From: Pristiophorus japonicus
Lineage: Eukaryota
Reading direction: 5' to 3'
Length of the DNA stretch: 64,000 nt
Assembly (NCBI RefSeq): GCF_044704955.1
Contig: NC_091999.1
Span: 23,250,001-23,314,000 of the forward strand
In this document: in pieces, positions 35,425 through 48,295 of the stretch
Layout of the letters: each line of letters opens with the position of its first letter
How positions within the stretch are numbered: position 1 is the stretch's first letter
Position numbers and translations under genes: made by a program
Notes under the pieces: model-generated
The model's database searches: none
What the model was told of the DNA's origin: nothing
Seen by the model: the letters and a program-made list of their open reading frames with translations, nothing else

Positions 35425-36330
35425 ACAGCCTTCCAGTCACAAATACACCCATGTACCATTACCTTTTGCTTCCAGCCTGAGCCAATTTTGGATCCAACTT
35501 GCCACTTAGCCCTGGATCCCATGGGCTTTTACTTTTGTTACCATTCTGCCATGTGGGACTTTATCCAAAGCATTGCTAACATCCATATACACTACATCAT
35601 ACACACTACCCTCATCGACCCTCACGGTTACCTCCTCTCAAAATTCAATCAATTTAGTCAGACATGACCTTCACTTAACTAATCCATGCTGACTCTCCTT
35701 AATTAATCCATGTCTTTCCAAATGAAGATTTATCCTGTCCCTCAGGATTTGTTTCCAATAATTTTCCCACCACTGAGGTTCCGGGGTGATGTCAGGAAGC
35801 ACTTCCTCACACAAATGGTGAGAATCTGTTTCTCTTGGCTCGAGAGTCGAGAACGAAGGGTTATTGTCTCAGGATACGGGCTCGGCCATTTAGGACTGAG
35901 CTGATGAGAAATTTCTGCACTCAGAGGGTCGTGAATCTTTAGAAATCTCTCCCCCAGAGGACAGTGAATGCTGAGTCATTGAGTATATTCAGAGCTGAGA
36001 TAGAAAGCTGTTTGGACACGAAAGGAATCGAGGGATACGGGGATAGTGCGGGAAAGTGGAGCTGAAGTACAAGATCATCCTGAATCTTATTGAATGGTGC
36101 AGCAGGCTCAAGGGGCCGTATTGCCTACTCCTGCTCCTGTTTCTTATGTTCTTAAAGGTTGTGGAAATCTGGAACTCTGTTCCCCATAAAACTCAGGCTG
36201 GGGCCCAATTGAAAATTCCAAAACTGTGCTTGATAGATTCTTCTTGGGGAAGGGTATTAAGAGTAATGCAACCAAGGCAGGTAGACGGAGTTAAGATACT
36301 GATCAGTCACGATCTAATTGAATGGTGGAA
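35425..36330. mobile_element. Cluster of short CR1 fragments in both orientations
   Basis: Minus-strand RT piece ~35425-35770, then several + strand CR1 3' ends (cagagggtcgtgaatctt, gggccgtattgcctactcctgctcct). Confidence 0.75.
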
Positions 36331-36358
36331 CTATGCCTCAGTCACACTGGGTGGTGCC

Positions 36359-37440
36359 TGTGAGAGATTCGCTAAACCCTCAACAACAGTTCTTGACTTC
36401 AGGATTTATAAAAACAAAATACACTCGGCACAGGGTTTTGGCTCAACCTTAAACTTGTATGTTTATTGAACTTGCGTTATTCCCCAGCACACAACCTCCC
36501 TGAGATTCTGACCGGAATAACACCGAACCCATAATACAAACCCCCTCCACAAGGTTACCTGAAACCTAACAGGAAATATCACAGTTTAACACCCTTCCAC
36601 GATTCGACTGCGATTATAAAACGACTGGGACAAATTCCCCGACGGTTTGACTGAAACTTATAATCACCCACACAGCTGGTGGTTGTGGTGTGGATTGTAG
36701 GCCGGGACCAGGTGACCACCCTGCATCCTCCTTCACTGCACTGTCCTCGCTCCGAAGTGGTCCTCTTTTTATGGGGCTTCATAATCACAGCATCAAACAT
36801 ATTTCCTGCTGTTCCCCTGTCGACTCTTCCGATGGTTAATAACCTCTTGATCATCAGTGTATTCCACTCCCTGGTCCAGACAGGGGCACGATCAGCTCTC
36901 CTGCTGTGTAGTACAATGCAAACCTTCCTTGGGAACAGGTCTGGCTCCACAGTTGAGGAATGTATGAATGTCCCTCTTCCTTCTTGACAGGGACCAGGGA
37001 CCATTGAAGGTGTGCATGGCCGGCGTCTGGTGCTATTGTCTGTGTTGATTAGATCGATGGCAGGTGTCCTGTATCATTGTCTCTGAAGATGTCCTTCCAG
37101 TCTCTCAATGAATCATCATTTCGCTGCAATGTTTGAATGAACCCCTTACTGTATAGCCCACCCTTTGGGTGTTTGTACTGAGGTTTGTTTTTTATTAACC
37201 CGTCCCACCGCCCGTGGGTTTTATATTCCATTCGACAATCCATTTTACAGTTGGGGTGAGGGTGGGTGGGGAACAGATCCGACAAGCCTTTATCCACTGA
37301 GCCATTGGGAGGAGGGTCCGGTGGCCCTACTGGAAAATGCACGTGTGAGGCCTCAGGTGAGAACAGTGGAATTGCCAGTCGACACTCACTGTCGAGGTTC
37401 ACACATGGAGTTTGGGCACATGGGTCACATATTGGAGAGA
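36359..37440 (-). mobile_element. Possible LTR-element remnant (short 3' LTR ~36359-36632 plus internal sequence)
   Basis: On minus: GGGGAATT, then TGT start, TTATAA, AATAAA (~36462) and a CA end at 36359. The internal ORFs are not recognisable. Confidence 0.35.
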
Positions 37441-37442
37441 AA

Positions 37443-37775
37443 CTGGTGAGTGTAGAACTGAACCCAGCCAGAGTCAGTACCTTCAGGGGAGGAGAGGGAA
37501 GGGAACCAGTGAGTGTAGAACTGAACCCAGCCAGAGTCAGTACCTTCAGGGGAGGAGAGGGAAGGGAACCAGTGAGTGTAGAACTGAACCCAGCCAGAGT
37601 CAGCACCTTCAGGGGAGGGGAACCAGTGAGTGTAGAACTGAACCCAGCCAGAGTCAGTACCTTCAGGGGAGGAGAGGGAAGGGAACCAGTGAGTGTAGAA
37701 CTGAACCCAGCCAGAGTCAGCACCTTCAGGGGAGGAGAAGGAGTGGAACAAGTGAGTGTGGAGCTAAACCCAGCA
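37443..37775. repeat. ~63-bp minisatellite (about 5.5 units)
   Basis: Unit ccagtgagtgtagaactgaacccagccagagtcagtaccttcaggggaggagagggaagggaa; one unit is shortened. Confidence 0.95.
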
Positions 37776-37959
37776 TAGGATATTAAGGGAATCAAGGGAT
37801 ATGGGGATAGTGCTGGAAAGTAGAGTTGTGGTAGAAAATCAGCCGTGATCTTATTGAATGGCGGAGCAGGCTCGAGGGGCCGTATGACCTACTCCTGCTC
37901 CTACTTGTTATGTGTGTTCTTGTGTTCATTCACGACTGGATGTGGGAGGACTGCAGAGC

Positions 37960-38670
37960 TTTGATCTGATTCATTGATTGTGGGCTTGCTTAGCCCTGTT
38001 TATACCATGCTGCTCTCGCTGCTTAGTATACATGTAGTCCTGTGTTGCAGCTTCCCCAGGCTGGCACCTCATTTCTCAGTACGCCTGGTGCTGCTCCTGG
38101 CATGCTCTTCTGCACTTCTAATTGAACCAGGCTTGATGGTAATGTTAGAGTGAGGGATATGCCAGACCATGAGGTTACAGATTGTGGTGGAATACAATGC
38201 TGCTGCTGCTGATGGCCCACAGCACCCTGAGGATGCCCCGTTTTCAGCTGCTAGATCTGTTCTGCATCTATCCCGTTTAGCACGGTGATGGTGCCACACA
38301 ACACATTTGAGATTGTGTTCGGTGTGACTTTTTCTCCACAATGACTGTGTGCGGTGGTTACTGCTACCAATGCTGTCATAGACAGAGGCAGCTCCATGTG
38401 GGACAGGCTGGATGTACCCGATGGTCTTTACCTGTCCGTCATTGTTCGTATCTGTGACAGGTAGATTGGTGAGGATCAGGTCAAGTAGGTTTTTTGCTCG
38501 TGTTGGTTCTCTCACCATCTGCTGCAGGCCTAGTCTGGCAGATATGTCCTTCAGGACTCGACCAGCTCAGTTAGTAGTGGTACTACCGAGTCACTCTTGG
38601 TGATGGACATTGAAGTTCGCCACCCAGAGTACATTCTGTGCCCTTGCTCCCCTCAGTGCTTCTTCCAAGC
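37960..38670 (-). mobile_element. Fragment of a different APE-type LINE (endonuclease region)
   Basis: Minus translation gives NFNVHHQE*LGSTTT...VREPTRAKNLLDLILTNLP...RTDLAA. A short unrelated insert lies at ~38390-38450. Confidence 0.75.
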
Positions 38671-38679
38671 TTAAACCAG

Positions 38680-41600
38680 TGTGAGTAATAGAATAGATCA
38701 GATTATAATGTGAGATGTTTATAACTATAATTGTGAAACTATAAGAACTAACAGCAGGCAGGGTAGTTTAGGCATAATGAGAAAATTACTGAAGAAAAGT
38801 AAGTGCTGGGAACCAGGGAAAGTGTCCTTGTTAATCACATATTAGAGAAGTTCCAGCTGTCATTTCCTCACTTCCTGCCCAAACACAGCAGAGAAGACAA
38901 AGAAGAGTCCGGTGCCAGAGGTGGATCAGTGCCGGGTATAAAAGTGAGGGGAGACTGATGTAAGGGGGCAGTGGGCACTGGAGACACCGGAGATCAAGCT
39001 CAGGGCGCCCGAGGTTCCATCCAGCGGGCTGACCTGGTGTCAGTTACTGTGGACACGCGGGACTTGCATCTTTACTCTGATTGGTGGATCAGTATAAGAT
39101 ACGGTGGATGACGGAGAAACTGCTCATCTTATAGAAACATAGAAAATAGGTGCAGGAGCAGACCATTCAGCCCTTCTAGCCTGCACCGCCATTCAATGAG
39201 TTCATGGCTGAACATGAAACTTCAGTACCCTCTTCCTGCTTTCTCGCCATACCCCTTGATCCCCCGAGTAGTAAGGACTTCATCTAACTCCATTTTGAAT
39301 ATATTTAGTGAATTGGCCTCAACTACTTTCTGTGGTGGAGAATTCCACAGGTTCACCACTCTCTGGGTGAAGAGGTTTCTCCTCATCTCGGTCCGAAATG
39401 GCTTACCCCTTTTCCTTAGACTGTGACCCCTGGTTCTGGACTTCCCCAACATTGGGAACATTCTTCCTCCATCTAACCTGTCTAAACCCGTCAGAATTTT
39501 GAACGTTTCTATGAGGTCCCCTCTGATTCTTCTGAACTCCAGTGAATACGAGCCCAGTTGATCCAGTCTTTCTTGATAGGTCAGTCCCACCATCCCGGGA
39601 ATCAATCTGGTGAATCTTCGCTGCACTCCCTCAATAGCAAGAATGTCCTTCCTCAAGTTAGGAGACCAAAACTGTACACAATACTCCAGGTGTGGCGTCA
39701 CCAAGGCCCTGTACAACTGTAGCAACACGTCCCTGCACCTGTACTCAAATTCCCTCGCTATGAAGGCCAACATGCCATTTGCTTTCTTAACCGCCTGCTG
39801 TACCTGCATGCCAACCTTCAATGACTGATGTACCATGACACCCTGGTCTCGTTGCACCTCCCCTTTTCCTAATCTGTCACCATTCAGATAATAGTCTGTC
39901 TCTCTGTTTATACCACCAAAGTGGATAACCTCACATTTATCCACATTATACTTCATCTGCCATGCATTTGCCCACTCACCTAACCTATCCAAGTCACTCT
40001 GCAGCCTCATAACATCCTCCTCGCAGCTCACACTGCCACCTAACTTAGTGTCATCCGCAATTTTGGAGATACTACATTTAATCACCTCGTCTATATCATT
40101 AATGTACAATGTAAACAGCTGGGGCCCCAGCAGAGAACCTTGCGGTACCCCACTAGTCACTGCCTGCCATTCTGAAAAGCACCCATTTACTGCTACTCTT
40201 TGCTTCCTGTCTGACAACCAGTTCTCAATCCACGTCAGCACACTACCCCGAATCCCATGTGCTTTAACTTTGCACATTAATCTCTTGTGTGGGACCTTCT
40301 CGAAAGCCTTCTGAAAGTCCAAATATACCACATCAACTGGTTCTCCTTTGTCCACTTTACTGGAAACATCCTCAAAAAATTCCAGAAGATTTGTCAAGCA
40401 TGATTTCCCTTTCACTAATCCATGCTGACTTGGACCTATCATGTCACCATTTTCCAAATGCGCTACTATGACTTGCTTAATAATTGATTCCATCATTTTA
40501 CCCACTACTGAGGTCAGGCTGACCGGTCTATAATTCGCTGTTTTCTCTCTCCCTCCTTTTTTAAATATTGGGGTGACAATAGGAACTATCCAGAGTCAAT
40601 GGAATGTTGGAAAATGACTGTCAATGCATCCGCTATTAACAAGGCCACCTCCTCAAGTACTCTGGGATGCAGTCCATCAGGCCCTGGGGAATTATCTGCC
40701 TTCAATCCCATCAATTTCCCCAACACAATTTCCCGACTAATAAAGATTTCCCTCAATTCCTCCTGCTTACTGGACCCTCTGACCCCTTTTATATCCGGAA
40801 GGTTGTTTGTGTCCTCCTTAGTGAATACCGAACCAAAGTACTTGTTCAATTGGTCTGCCATTTCTTTGTTCCCCGTTATGACTTCCCCTGATTCTGACTG
40901 CAGGAAACCTACGTTTGTCTTTACTAACCTTTTTCTCTTTACGTACCGATAGAAACTTTTGCAATCCGCCTTAATGTTCCTTGCAAGCTTCTTCTCCCAC
41001 TCTATTTTCCATTCCCTATTCAAACCCTTTGTTCTCATCTGCTGCGTTCTAAATTTCTCCCAGTCCCCGGGTTCGCTGCTATTTCTGGCCAATTTGTATG
41101 CCACTTCCTTGGCTTTAATACTATCCCTGATTTCCCTAGATAGCCACGGTTGAGCCACCTTCCCTTTTTTTATTTTTACGCCAGACAGGAATGTTCATCC
41201 ATGCGTTCTCTAAATGTCTGCCATTGCCCATCCACAGTCAACCCCTTAAGTATCATTCGCCAATCTATCCTAGCCAATTCACGCCTCATACCTTCAAAGT
41301 TACCCTTCTTTAAGTTCTGGACCATGGTCTCTGAATTAACTGTTTCATTCTCCATCCTAATGCAGAAATCCACCATATTATGTTCACTCTTTCCCAAGGG
41401 GCCTCGCACAACGAGATTGCTAATTAATCCTCTCTCATTACACAACACCCAGTCTAAGCGGGCCTCCCTCCTAGTTGGTTCCTCGACATATTGGTCTAGA
41501 AAACCATCCCTTATGCACTCCAGGAAATCCTCCTCCACCGTATTGCTTCCAGTTTGGCAAGCCCAATCTATGTGCATATTAAAGTCACCCATTATAACTG

Positions 41601-41915
41601 CTGCACCTTTATTGCATACACCCCTAATTTCCTGTTTGATGCCCTCCCCAACATCACTACTACTGTTTGGAGGTCTGTACACAACTCCCACTAACGTTTT
41701 TTGCCCTTTGGTGTTCTGCAGCTCTACCCATATAGATTCCACATCATCCAAGCTAATGTCTTTCCTAACTATTGCATTAATCTCCTCTTTAACCAGCAAT
41801 GCTACCCCACCTCCTTTTCCTTTTATTCTATCCTTCCTTGTTTCTTATTAAGGTATTAAAGTTGCTGACACTGGACTCTGGAACTTGCTAATTAATAAGG
41901 AAAGGGACTTTTACA
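38680..41915 (+). mobile_element. Possible solo LTR split by a CR1 (arms 38680-39130 and ~41838-41915)
   Basis: TG start and TATAAAA at ~38937; after the CR1, ATTAAA and an ACA end. No TSD found. Confidence 0.4.
39131..41837 (-). mobile_element. CR1 LINE (subfamily 3), 5'-truncated within the endonuclease
   Basis: EN 41176-41799 (VVYRPP, GDFN), linker, 427-aa open RT/C-terminus 39222-40505 (IADD), (TTTCTATG)n tail. Confidence 0.97.
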
Positions 41916-42249
41916 TCCCCAAATCTCTCTACCCCTCCACTCCTTTTAAAATGTTACCATTTAATGTACATTTCCTCCATTTTTCTTCCAAAATGTTTTG
42001 CATCAGATTTCTCTGCACTAAATTTCATCTGCCATTCATCCAGCCCATTTACAAACCTGTGCATTCAGACTGAGCTCACTTACAGTCCTCTTCACAGAGC
42101 CCCACGCTCCCCATTTTTGGCGTCAGCTGGAGATTTTGATCATACTGCAGGTCTGATCACCGATTTTTAAAATAATGTATTTATTATTATTTATTGTCCC
42201 TCTGGCCCCAATCTCGATAGCATGACAAAATAAGATTCAGTTACCCCAG

Positions 42250-43280
42250 TTTGGACTTTCAATTATTGGAAAAAATTCTGAGGGACAGGATAAATCTTCA
42301 TTCAGGAAGACCGGGATTAATCAGGGACATTCAGTACGGATTTGTTGATGGAAGGTCGTGTCTGACTAACCTGATTGCATTTTTGGAGGAGGTCACACGG
42401 AGGGTCGATGACGGTGTTGTGTTTGACGTTATGTATATGGATTTTAACAAGGCTTTTGATAAGATCCCACATGGCAGACTGGTCATGAAAGTAATAGCCC
42501 ATGTGATACAAGGCAAAGTAGCAACTTGGATCCAAAATTGGCTGAGGTCGGAAGCAAAGGTTAATGGTCAATGGGTGTTTTTGTGACTGGAAGGATGTTT
42601 CTGGTATACATCAAAGATTTAGACTTGAATGTCAGGGTTATGACTACGAAGTTTGCAGATGAGACGAAAATTGTCCATGTGGTTGATAATGAAGAAGAAA
42701 GCTGTAGACTGCAGGAAGGTATTAATGGACCTGTCAGGTGGGCAGAGCAGGGGCAAATGGAATTCAATCTGCAGAAGTGTGAGGTAATGCATTTGGTGAG
42801 GGCGAACAAGGAAAAGGAATACACAATAAATAGTCGGACACTGAGAAGTGTAGAGGAACAGGGGGACCTTGGAGTGTTTGTCCACTGATCCCTGAAGGTA
42901 GCAGAACAGGTCGACAAGGTGGTTAAGAAGGCATACGGGGTACTAGACTTTATTAGCCGAGGCATAGAATACAAGAGCTTGAACTGTATAAAACACTAGT
43001 TAGGCTACAGCTAGAATACTGCGTGCAATTCTGGTCATCACATTACAGAAAAGAGAAGGTATAGAAGAGTTTACCAGGGTGATGCCGGGACTGGAGAATT
43101 TTAGGTATGAGGAAAGATTGGATCGGCTGGGGTTATTTTCTTTGGAACAGAGGAGGCTGAGGGGAGAACTTATTGAGGTTTCTAAAATTATGAGGGGCCG
43201 AGATGGAGTCGTTAGGAGGGACCTATTCCTCTTAGCAGAGGGGTCAGTAACTAGGGGCATAGATTTAAAGTAATTGGTAG
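42250..43280 (+). mobile_element. Decayed CR1 fragment (subfamily 2-like)
   Basis: RT motifs QYGFVDGRSCLTNL, KFADET, QGDLGVFVH, with internal deletions. Confidence 0.9.
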
Positions 43281-44285
43281 AAACTTAGAAATTTACAGCG
43301 CAGGAGGCCATTTCGGCCCATCGTGTCCACGGCGACCGATAAACAGCCGCACGGTCCTCGGTCAGCAGCCCTGAAGGTTACATATAAACCTGTGAGCAAT
43401 GAACAATGGTGGAAAGGTAAAGAGCACCGAGCCAACCAGTCCGCCTCACACAACTGCGACACCCCTTACACTGAAACATTCTACACTCCACCCCAACCGG
43501 AGCCATGTGATCTCCTGGGAGAGGCAAAAACCAGATAAAAACCCAGGCCAATTGGGGGAAAAAATCTGTGAAAATTCCTCTCTGACCCATCCAGGCGATT
43601 GAAACGAGCCCAGGAGATCACTCTGGCCATATTCGATTTGCTGCAGTACTTACCATCGTATCTGCGCCAGCCAACAGGAGGTTATCCAGTCTAATCCTAA
43701 CTACCAGCTCTAGGTCCGTAACCCTGCAGATTACGGCACTTCAAGTGCCCATCCAAGCACCTTTTAAATGTGGTGAGCGCTTCTGCATCCACCATCCTTC
43801 CAGGCAGTGAGTTCCAGATCCCCACAACCCTCTGCGTGAAGAAGCCTCCCCTCAAATCCCCTCTGAGCCTTCCACCAACCACCTTAAAACCATGCCCCCT
43901 CGTAATTGACCTTTCCACCAAGGGAAATAGACCCTTGCTATCCACTATATCCATGCCTCTCAAAATGTTGTCACCGAATGAGGTCTCCTCTCAGCCTCCA
44001 CTGTTCCAATGAGAGCAAACCCAGCCTATCCAATCTGCCCTCACAGCTAAGATGCTGCATTCCAGCCAGCATCCAAGTAAATCTCTGTACCCTCTCTCGT
44101 GCAATCACATCCTTCCTATAATACTTCAACCAGAACTCCAGCTGTGGCCTAACCAGAGTGTTATACAATTGAAGCATAACCTGTGTGCTCTTGTATTCTA
44201 TGCTTCGGCCAGTAAAGGCAAGCATTCTGTATGCCTTCTTAACCACCTGATCCACCTGACCTGCTACCTTCAGGGATCTGTGGAC
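43281..44285 (-). mobile_element. CR1 (subfamily 2) 3' part with ~410-bp 3' UTR, cut by Tx1 copy D
   Basis: ORFs 43971-44288 (VHRSLKVAGQV...) and 43697-43963 (FFTQRVVGIWNSLP). The sequence stops exactly at the VH codons, where the Tx1 5' end begins. Confidence 0.9.
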
Positions 44286-47200
44286 CAATGGTGGAGCTTT
44301 GGAGGCGTGGCCTATTCAGTTGGAGCTGTGCTGCTGAGAGAGAAGGAACTCCCTGCTGAAGCTCCTGTCTGGAAGGCCGAGAGTGAGCCCTGAGACCAGC
44401 CCAGGAGTAGGAGGAAAGGGCTGGCTTGCTACAATACAACGTCCGGAGGGAGAGGAGGAGAGCTGAAAATTTCAACAACTTTATTTACTTCTACAGAGAG
44501 TTGGAGAGAGTGGGAAAAGAGCAACAACCTGTGTGGAAGGAGGGAGATTCTACAACATTCTACAGGTGGGTGTTGGTGCATTCCCCGAAATACATTGTTT
44601 TATTAGTGGGGGGAGAAAAGAAGATTTTCTTCGAGGCCCGGAACATCGCGGGGGGTGTGTGTGTGGAAGTGTGTGGGGGTCTTGCTCACAGCTAGGCCCC
44701 ACACACCACTGAAGCACCCCTCCCCAATTGCCTAGCCTGGGATAGATGGAGCAACCTTGCTGAAGATTTACTAATCACCCTATTAAACATCGTTGGGCGT
44801 GTGTGCCTGGGTGGCTCCAGCTGTCCTAGATGAAGACATCTTCTCCTCCCACCCGAAGACCATCCCATAAGACTGTGCCTTGCTTTGTTTTCCATCATCT
44901 AGGGAGTGCGCCCCAGAAAAACACCCACCAATCACTGTGAGGGGAGACCTTCCCTCACAGCTTCCCTCTTTCCCACCCCCCACTCCCTCTCTGTCTCTCC
45001 CGTCTCTCTCTGAGAGCTCCTTTCCTGCTTAATTGGAAAAACAATTAAGACAACTGAGCAGAGGGAGCAAGGCCCCTCCCCAATTGTCAACTAGGGGAGA
45101 GGTGTACCTCATTGAGAGCTCCTCTGCTCATAAATTCAAACGAGGCCAATTTAAGACCATTAAGGCCTGTGACTCTGGGGTGGGTGTTGCCATTAAAGGG
45201 ACCCCGTGATGGCGACTCCATCCACGCCGGTGGCAGGGCCAGCTAAGACTTATGCGCAGGTGGCGTCCACATCCACGGCGCCTCCTGCGCCACCTGCTGC
45301 CCTGCCACCATTCAGACTAATTTCTAAGAAAAACGGGGTCAAGAGCTACACTCACCCCACAATGAGCATTGAGGAGTGCGTGCGTGTGATGGCTGGGGTA
45401 GTCGGCCCCTCGGCCATTGTCGCAGCCTCCAAGATGACTGGGAAGGCCGTATTATTCCTGGGGTCGGAGTGGGCGGTGTCCCTGGCCCTTGAAAAGGGGC
45501 TCACTATGGGCGGGACATTCCTGCCGGTGGACCCTCTCGAGGCCACCGCGCACAGGGTCATCATTTCAAACGTCCCGACCTTTGTTCCCGCTGAGCTCCT
45601 CCTCCCTCACCTGCACCAACTGGGGGAGGTAAGGTCAGGGCTCAACCCCATACCGCTCGGCCTCAGGGAGAACAGTCTGCGCCATGTGTTCTCCTTCCGC
45701 CATCAGCTCTTTGTCCGGCTGGCGCTGGAGGAGACAACAGAGGGCAATTTTAATGTGGTGCACGAGGGGACTGCCTACCGCGTCTTCTGGACGTCGGATG
45801 GCGTGCGGTGCCATGCCTGTAGGGAGATGGGGCACTTTCGCAAGAACTGCCCCGCCTCCAAGACAACCAAACGACCGAAGGCAGCCAAGGCTGGCGCCGC
45901 CGCCACCCCTCCCCCTAGTAGCGTCCGCGTGCCGGGAGCCATAGGTGCGCGGGCATCGTCGGAGGCCTTTGTTTTCACGGCCTCTGGCGGGGGGGAGGGA
46001 GAGCGTCCGACCGGAAAGAAGGCGCGGAGGAAGGCGAAACATCTCGAGGCGGGTCCCCTCGGTGCGCCAGAAAGTTTGACCACGGCGCTCAGCCCAACCC
46101 CGTCACCGGCGAGCGCGGGGTGCCCTGAGCCCTTGCATGAGCCCTTGACCAATACCGCAGAGGGGCTCGGGCGCGGGCAAGATAAGAAAAAGGGGGGGGC
46201 GGAGCGGGAGGCCTCGGCAGACATGGAGGTCTCCCTGCCTCCGCGCACCCCCAGGAACAAAAGGAGGCGCCGCTCCAATGAGGCGGAGGGGGAACAACAT
46301 CCCTCCGCGGAGGAGTCGGTGCCCGCCGCCTGTCCCGCGTCCCCCACCAGCGCCCCCAAACTGCGCCGTCGGCGGGAGGAATCTGTCCCCGGGGAGGGAG
46401 GGGCAATCGAGGCTGCCCAGCCTCTGCCTCCCGTGGATGGCGTGGAAGATCTGCCTGTCGTGGGGGGCGTGGGGCCAGCGGAGGAATACGATGCCGCCGG
46501 GTCGAGCGTCCCGGGGACTGAGGCGGGTGGGGCCGAAATGGCCGAACCTGAGCCCACCCAGCTATTAACCAACTTCCCCGGGATTTTCTCGACTCAGCAG
46601 AAATACACAGTATTAACAATTTTAATCAATCTGTAGACGCTGACCGGAGGGTGGCGGCGGGGAGGGGGAAGAACAACAATCCTCGCCCCCTACTTTGGAG
46701 CTGGGGTACTTGGAGGACCTGGAACATTTCTTTGACCAGGTCTCTCCGTGTTGCCCGGTTCCTGGGGCGGAGGAGGAACCCCTTCTGCTGTCGCTTCCTG
46801 ACCCAGCACCACTTTTAAAAGAGCCCAGTGCGGACTGCTCGGCCGACGATCCTGGGGGTGGGGTCGGGGCAGAGCCAGGGTCGGATGGAGCGGCCGGGCC
46901 GTTTGCTGTACCTCGTGCGGTCGACGGGTCGGCTGCTGGCAGCGACCTCCGGAGTGGGACGGGGACTCGATGGGGGACTCGGGAGAAGATCTAGAGTCCA
47001 TCGCCAGTGAGGCGGTGGATCTCCTCGTGCCCACCGCTGAGACCCTCCTCATTCCTGCAAAGAAACTCCGGGACTTTTTGGTCCAGAGCCAGGGTCGCCG
47101 CAACCGAACCCATCTGTCCCGGGAAAGATGATCCGAGCCGGGGCTGCTCGTCGCGTCCATCCGCGCCGCCACTAAAACCATGGCCGCAGGCGGGCCGTTA

Positions 47201-47890
47201 TCAAAAGCTCAAGGCCTTGAGCTGCGCCGGCTCAAAGGGTTCCTCGCTGGGCTGCTGAAGGAGTGGAGGTCAACAAAAGACTCCACTCCCCCCCCCAAAA
47301 TAGGTTAGGTAGAGGTTGCACTATGCTTTTGTCATGAAGATAACCATAGCCAGCCTCAACATCAACGGCGGCAGAGAAGCACACCGTAGATTTAACAATT
47401 TTTCGCTCCTGCGGGAGTGGAAATATGCGGTGTGCTTCCTGCAAGAAACCCACACCGTTCCGGGAGACGAAGCCACGTGTCTCCTGGAATGGCAAGGAGA
47501 GGTCCGCATGAGCCACCTCACCGCCACTTCTAGTGGGGTGGCCATCTTGTTGGCCCCGCATTTTCAGCCGGAGATCTTGGGGGTCGAGGAGCCCGTGCCA
47601 GCCGCTTGCTGCACGTCACGGTTTGCCTGGGGGACGTGCAGCTCCATCTCGTGAACGTGTACGCCCCTCAGCCCGGCCTGCAGCAAATGCGCTTCTTTGA
47701 AGAGGTGTCCGCTCTTCTTGGCTCCGTCGACGTCGGCGACTGCATTGTCCTCGGGGGAGATTTTAACTGCACCCTCGAGGCGAGGGACCGCTCCGGTGCC
47801 CCGCAGAACATGACGGCGATGGAGAAGTTGAGGGACTTCTTGATGCTATGGTGGGACGTGGGCAAGGCTCACTTCCACGTCTTCTTGTGC
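44286..47890 (+). mobile_element. Tx1-clade retrotransposon, copy D (5' end intact, 3' part lost)
   Basis: Same 5' end CAATGGTGGAGCTTTGGAGG; ORF1 from 45206 (476 aa open, CCHC knuckle); ORF2 APE start near 47334; truncated after WWDVGKAH. Confidence 0.95.
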
Positions 47891-48295
47891 TGAAGTATTG
47901 CTTCCTCTGACTTGGATATGGCGTTATATTAGAGTCTCATTCAGCGCTTTACCCACCCGGTAAAAGTCCAATCCATTAAATATTTCGGTCATGACCCAGC
48001 ACCCTCACATAAGATCCACCGCTTCACACACTCCCAGTCACAACACCCAAACATCCCTTCCACTGGTACATTCAGTTCCTGTCCCACCATCCACACGTCC
48101 CATACATTGGTTCTTTCTGTACCTGTGCCAAACAGCACACGTCCCATCCGATGATTTCATCAGTCCTGACCCACACACCACAAGTCCCATTGGCTAGTTC
48201 ATTTCATCCTGACACATTTCACACGTAATTGTTTGAGACAGCTGTTATTGCTCTCAATCTGAAATATAAATTCCCTGTTTTTCTCTTCCCTGCAG

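Noticed and set aside
37049-37795. Repeat-protein ORFs (EPVSVELNPARVSTFRGG)n on both strands
   Set aside because: A 63-bp minisatellite is open in several frames; no splice or domain evidence.
39222-40505. 427-aa RT ORF as a domesticated gene
   Set aside because: Part of a young 5'-truncated CR1 with its 3' tail and disrupted upstream frames.
43285-43696. Separate SINE or structured ncRNA
   Set aside because: Continuous with the CR1 ORF2 stop at 43697 and ends in a CR1-type tail; best read as a long 3' UTR.
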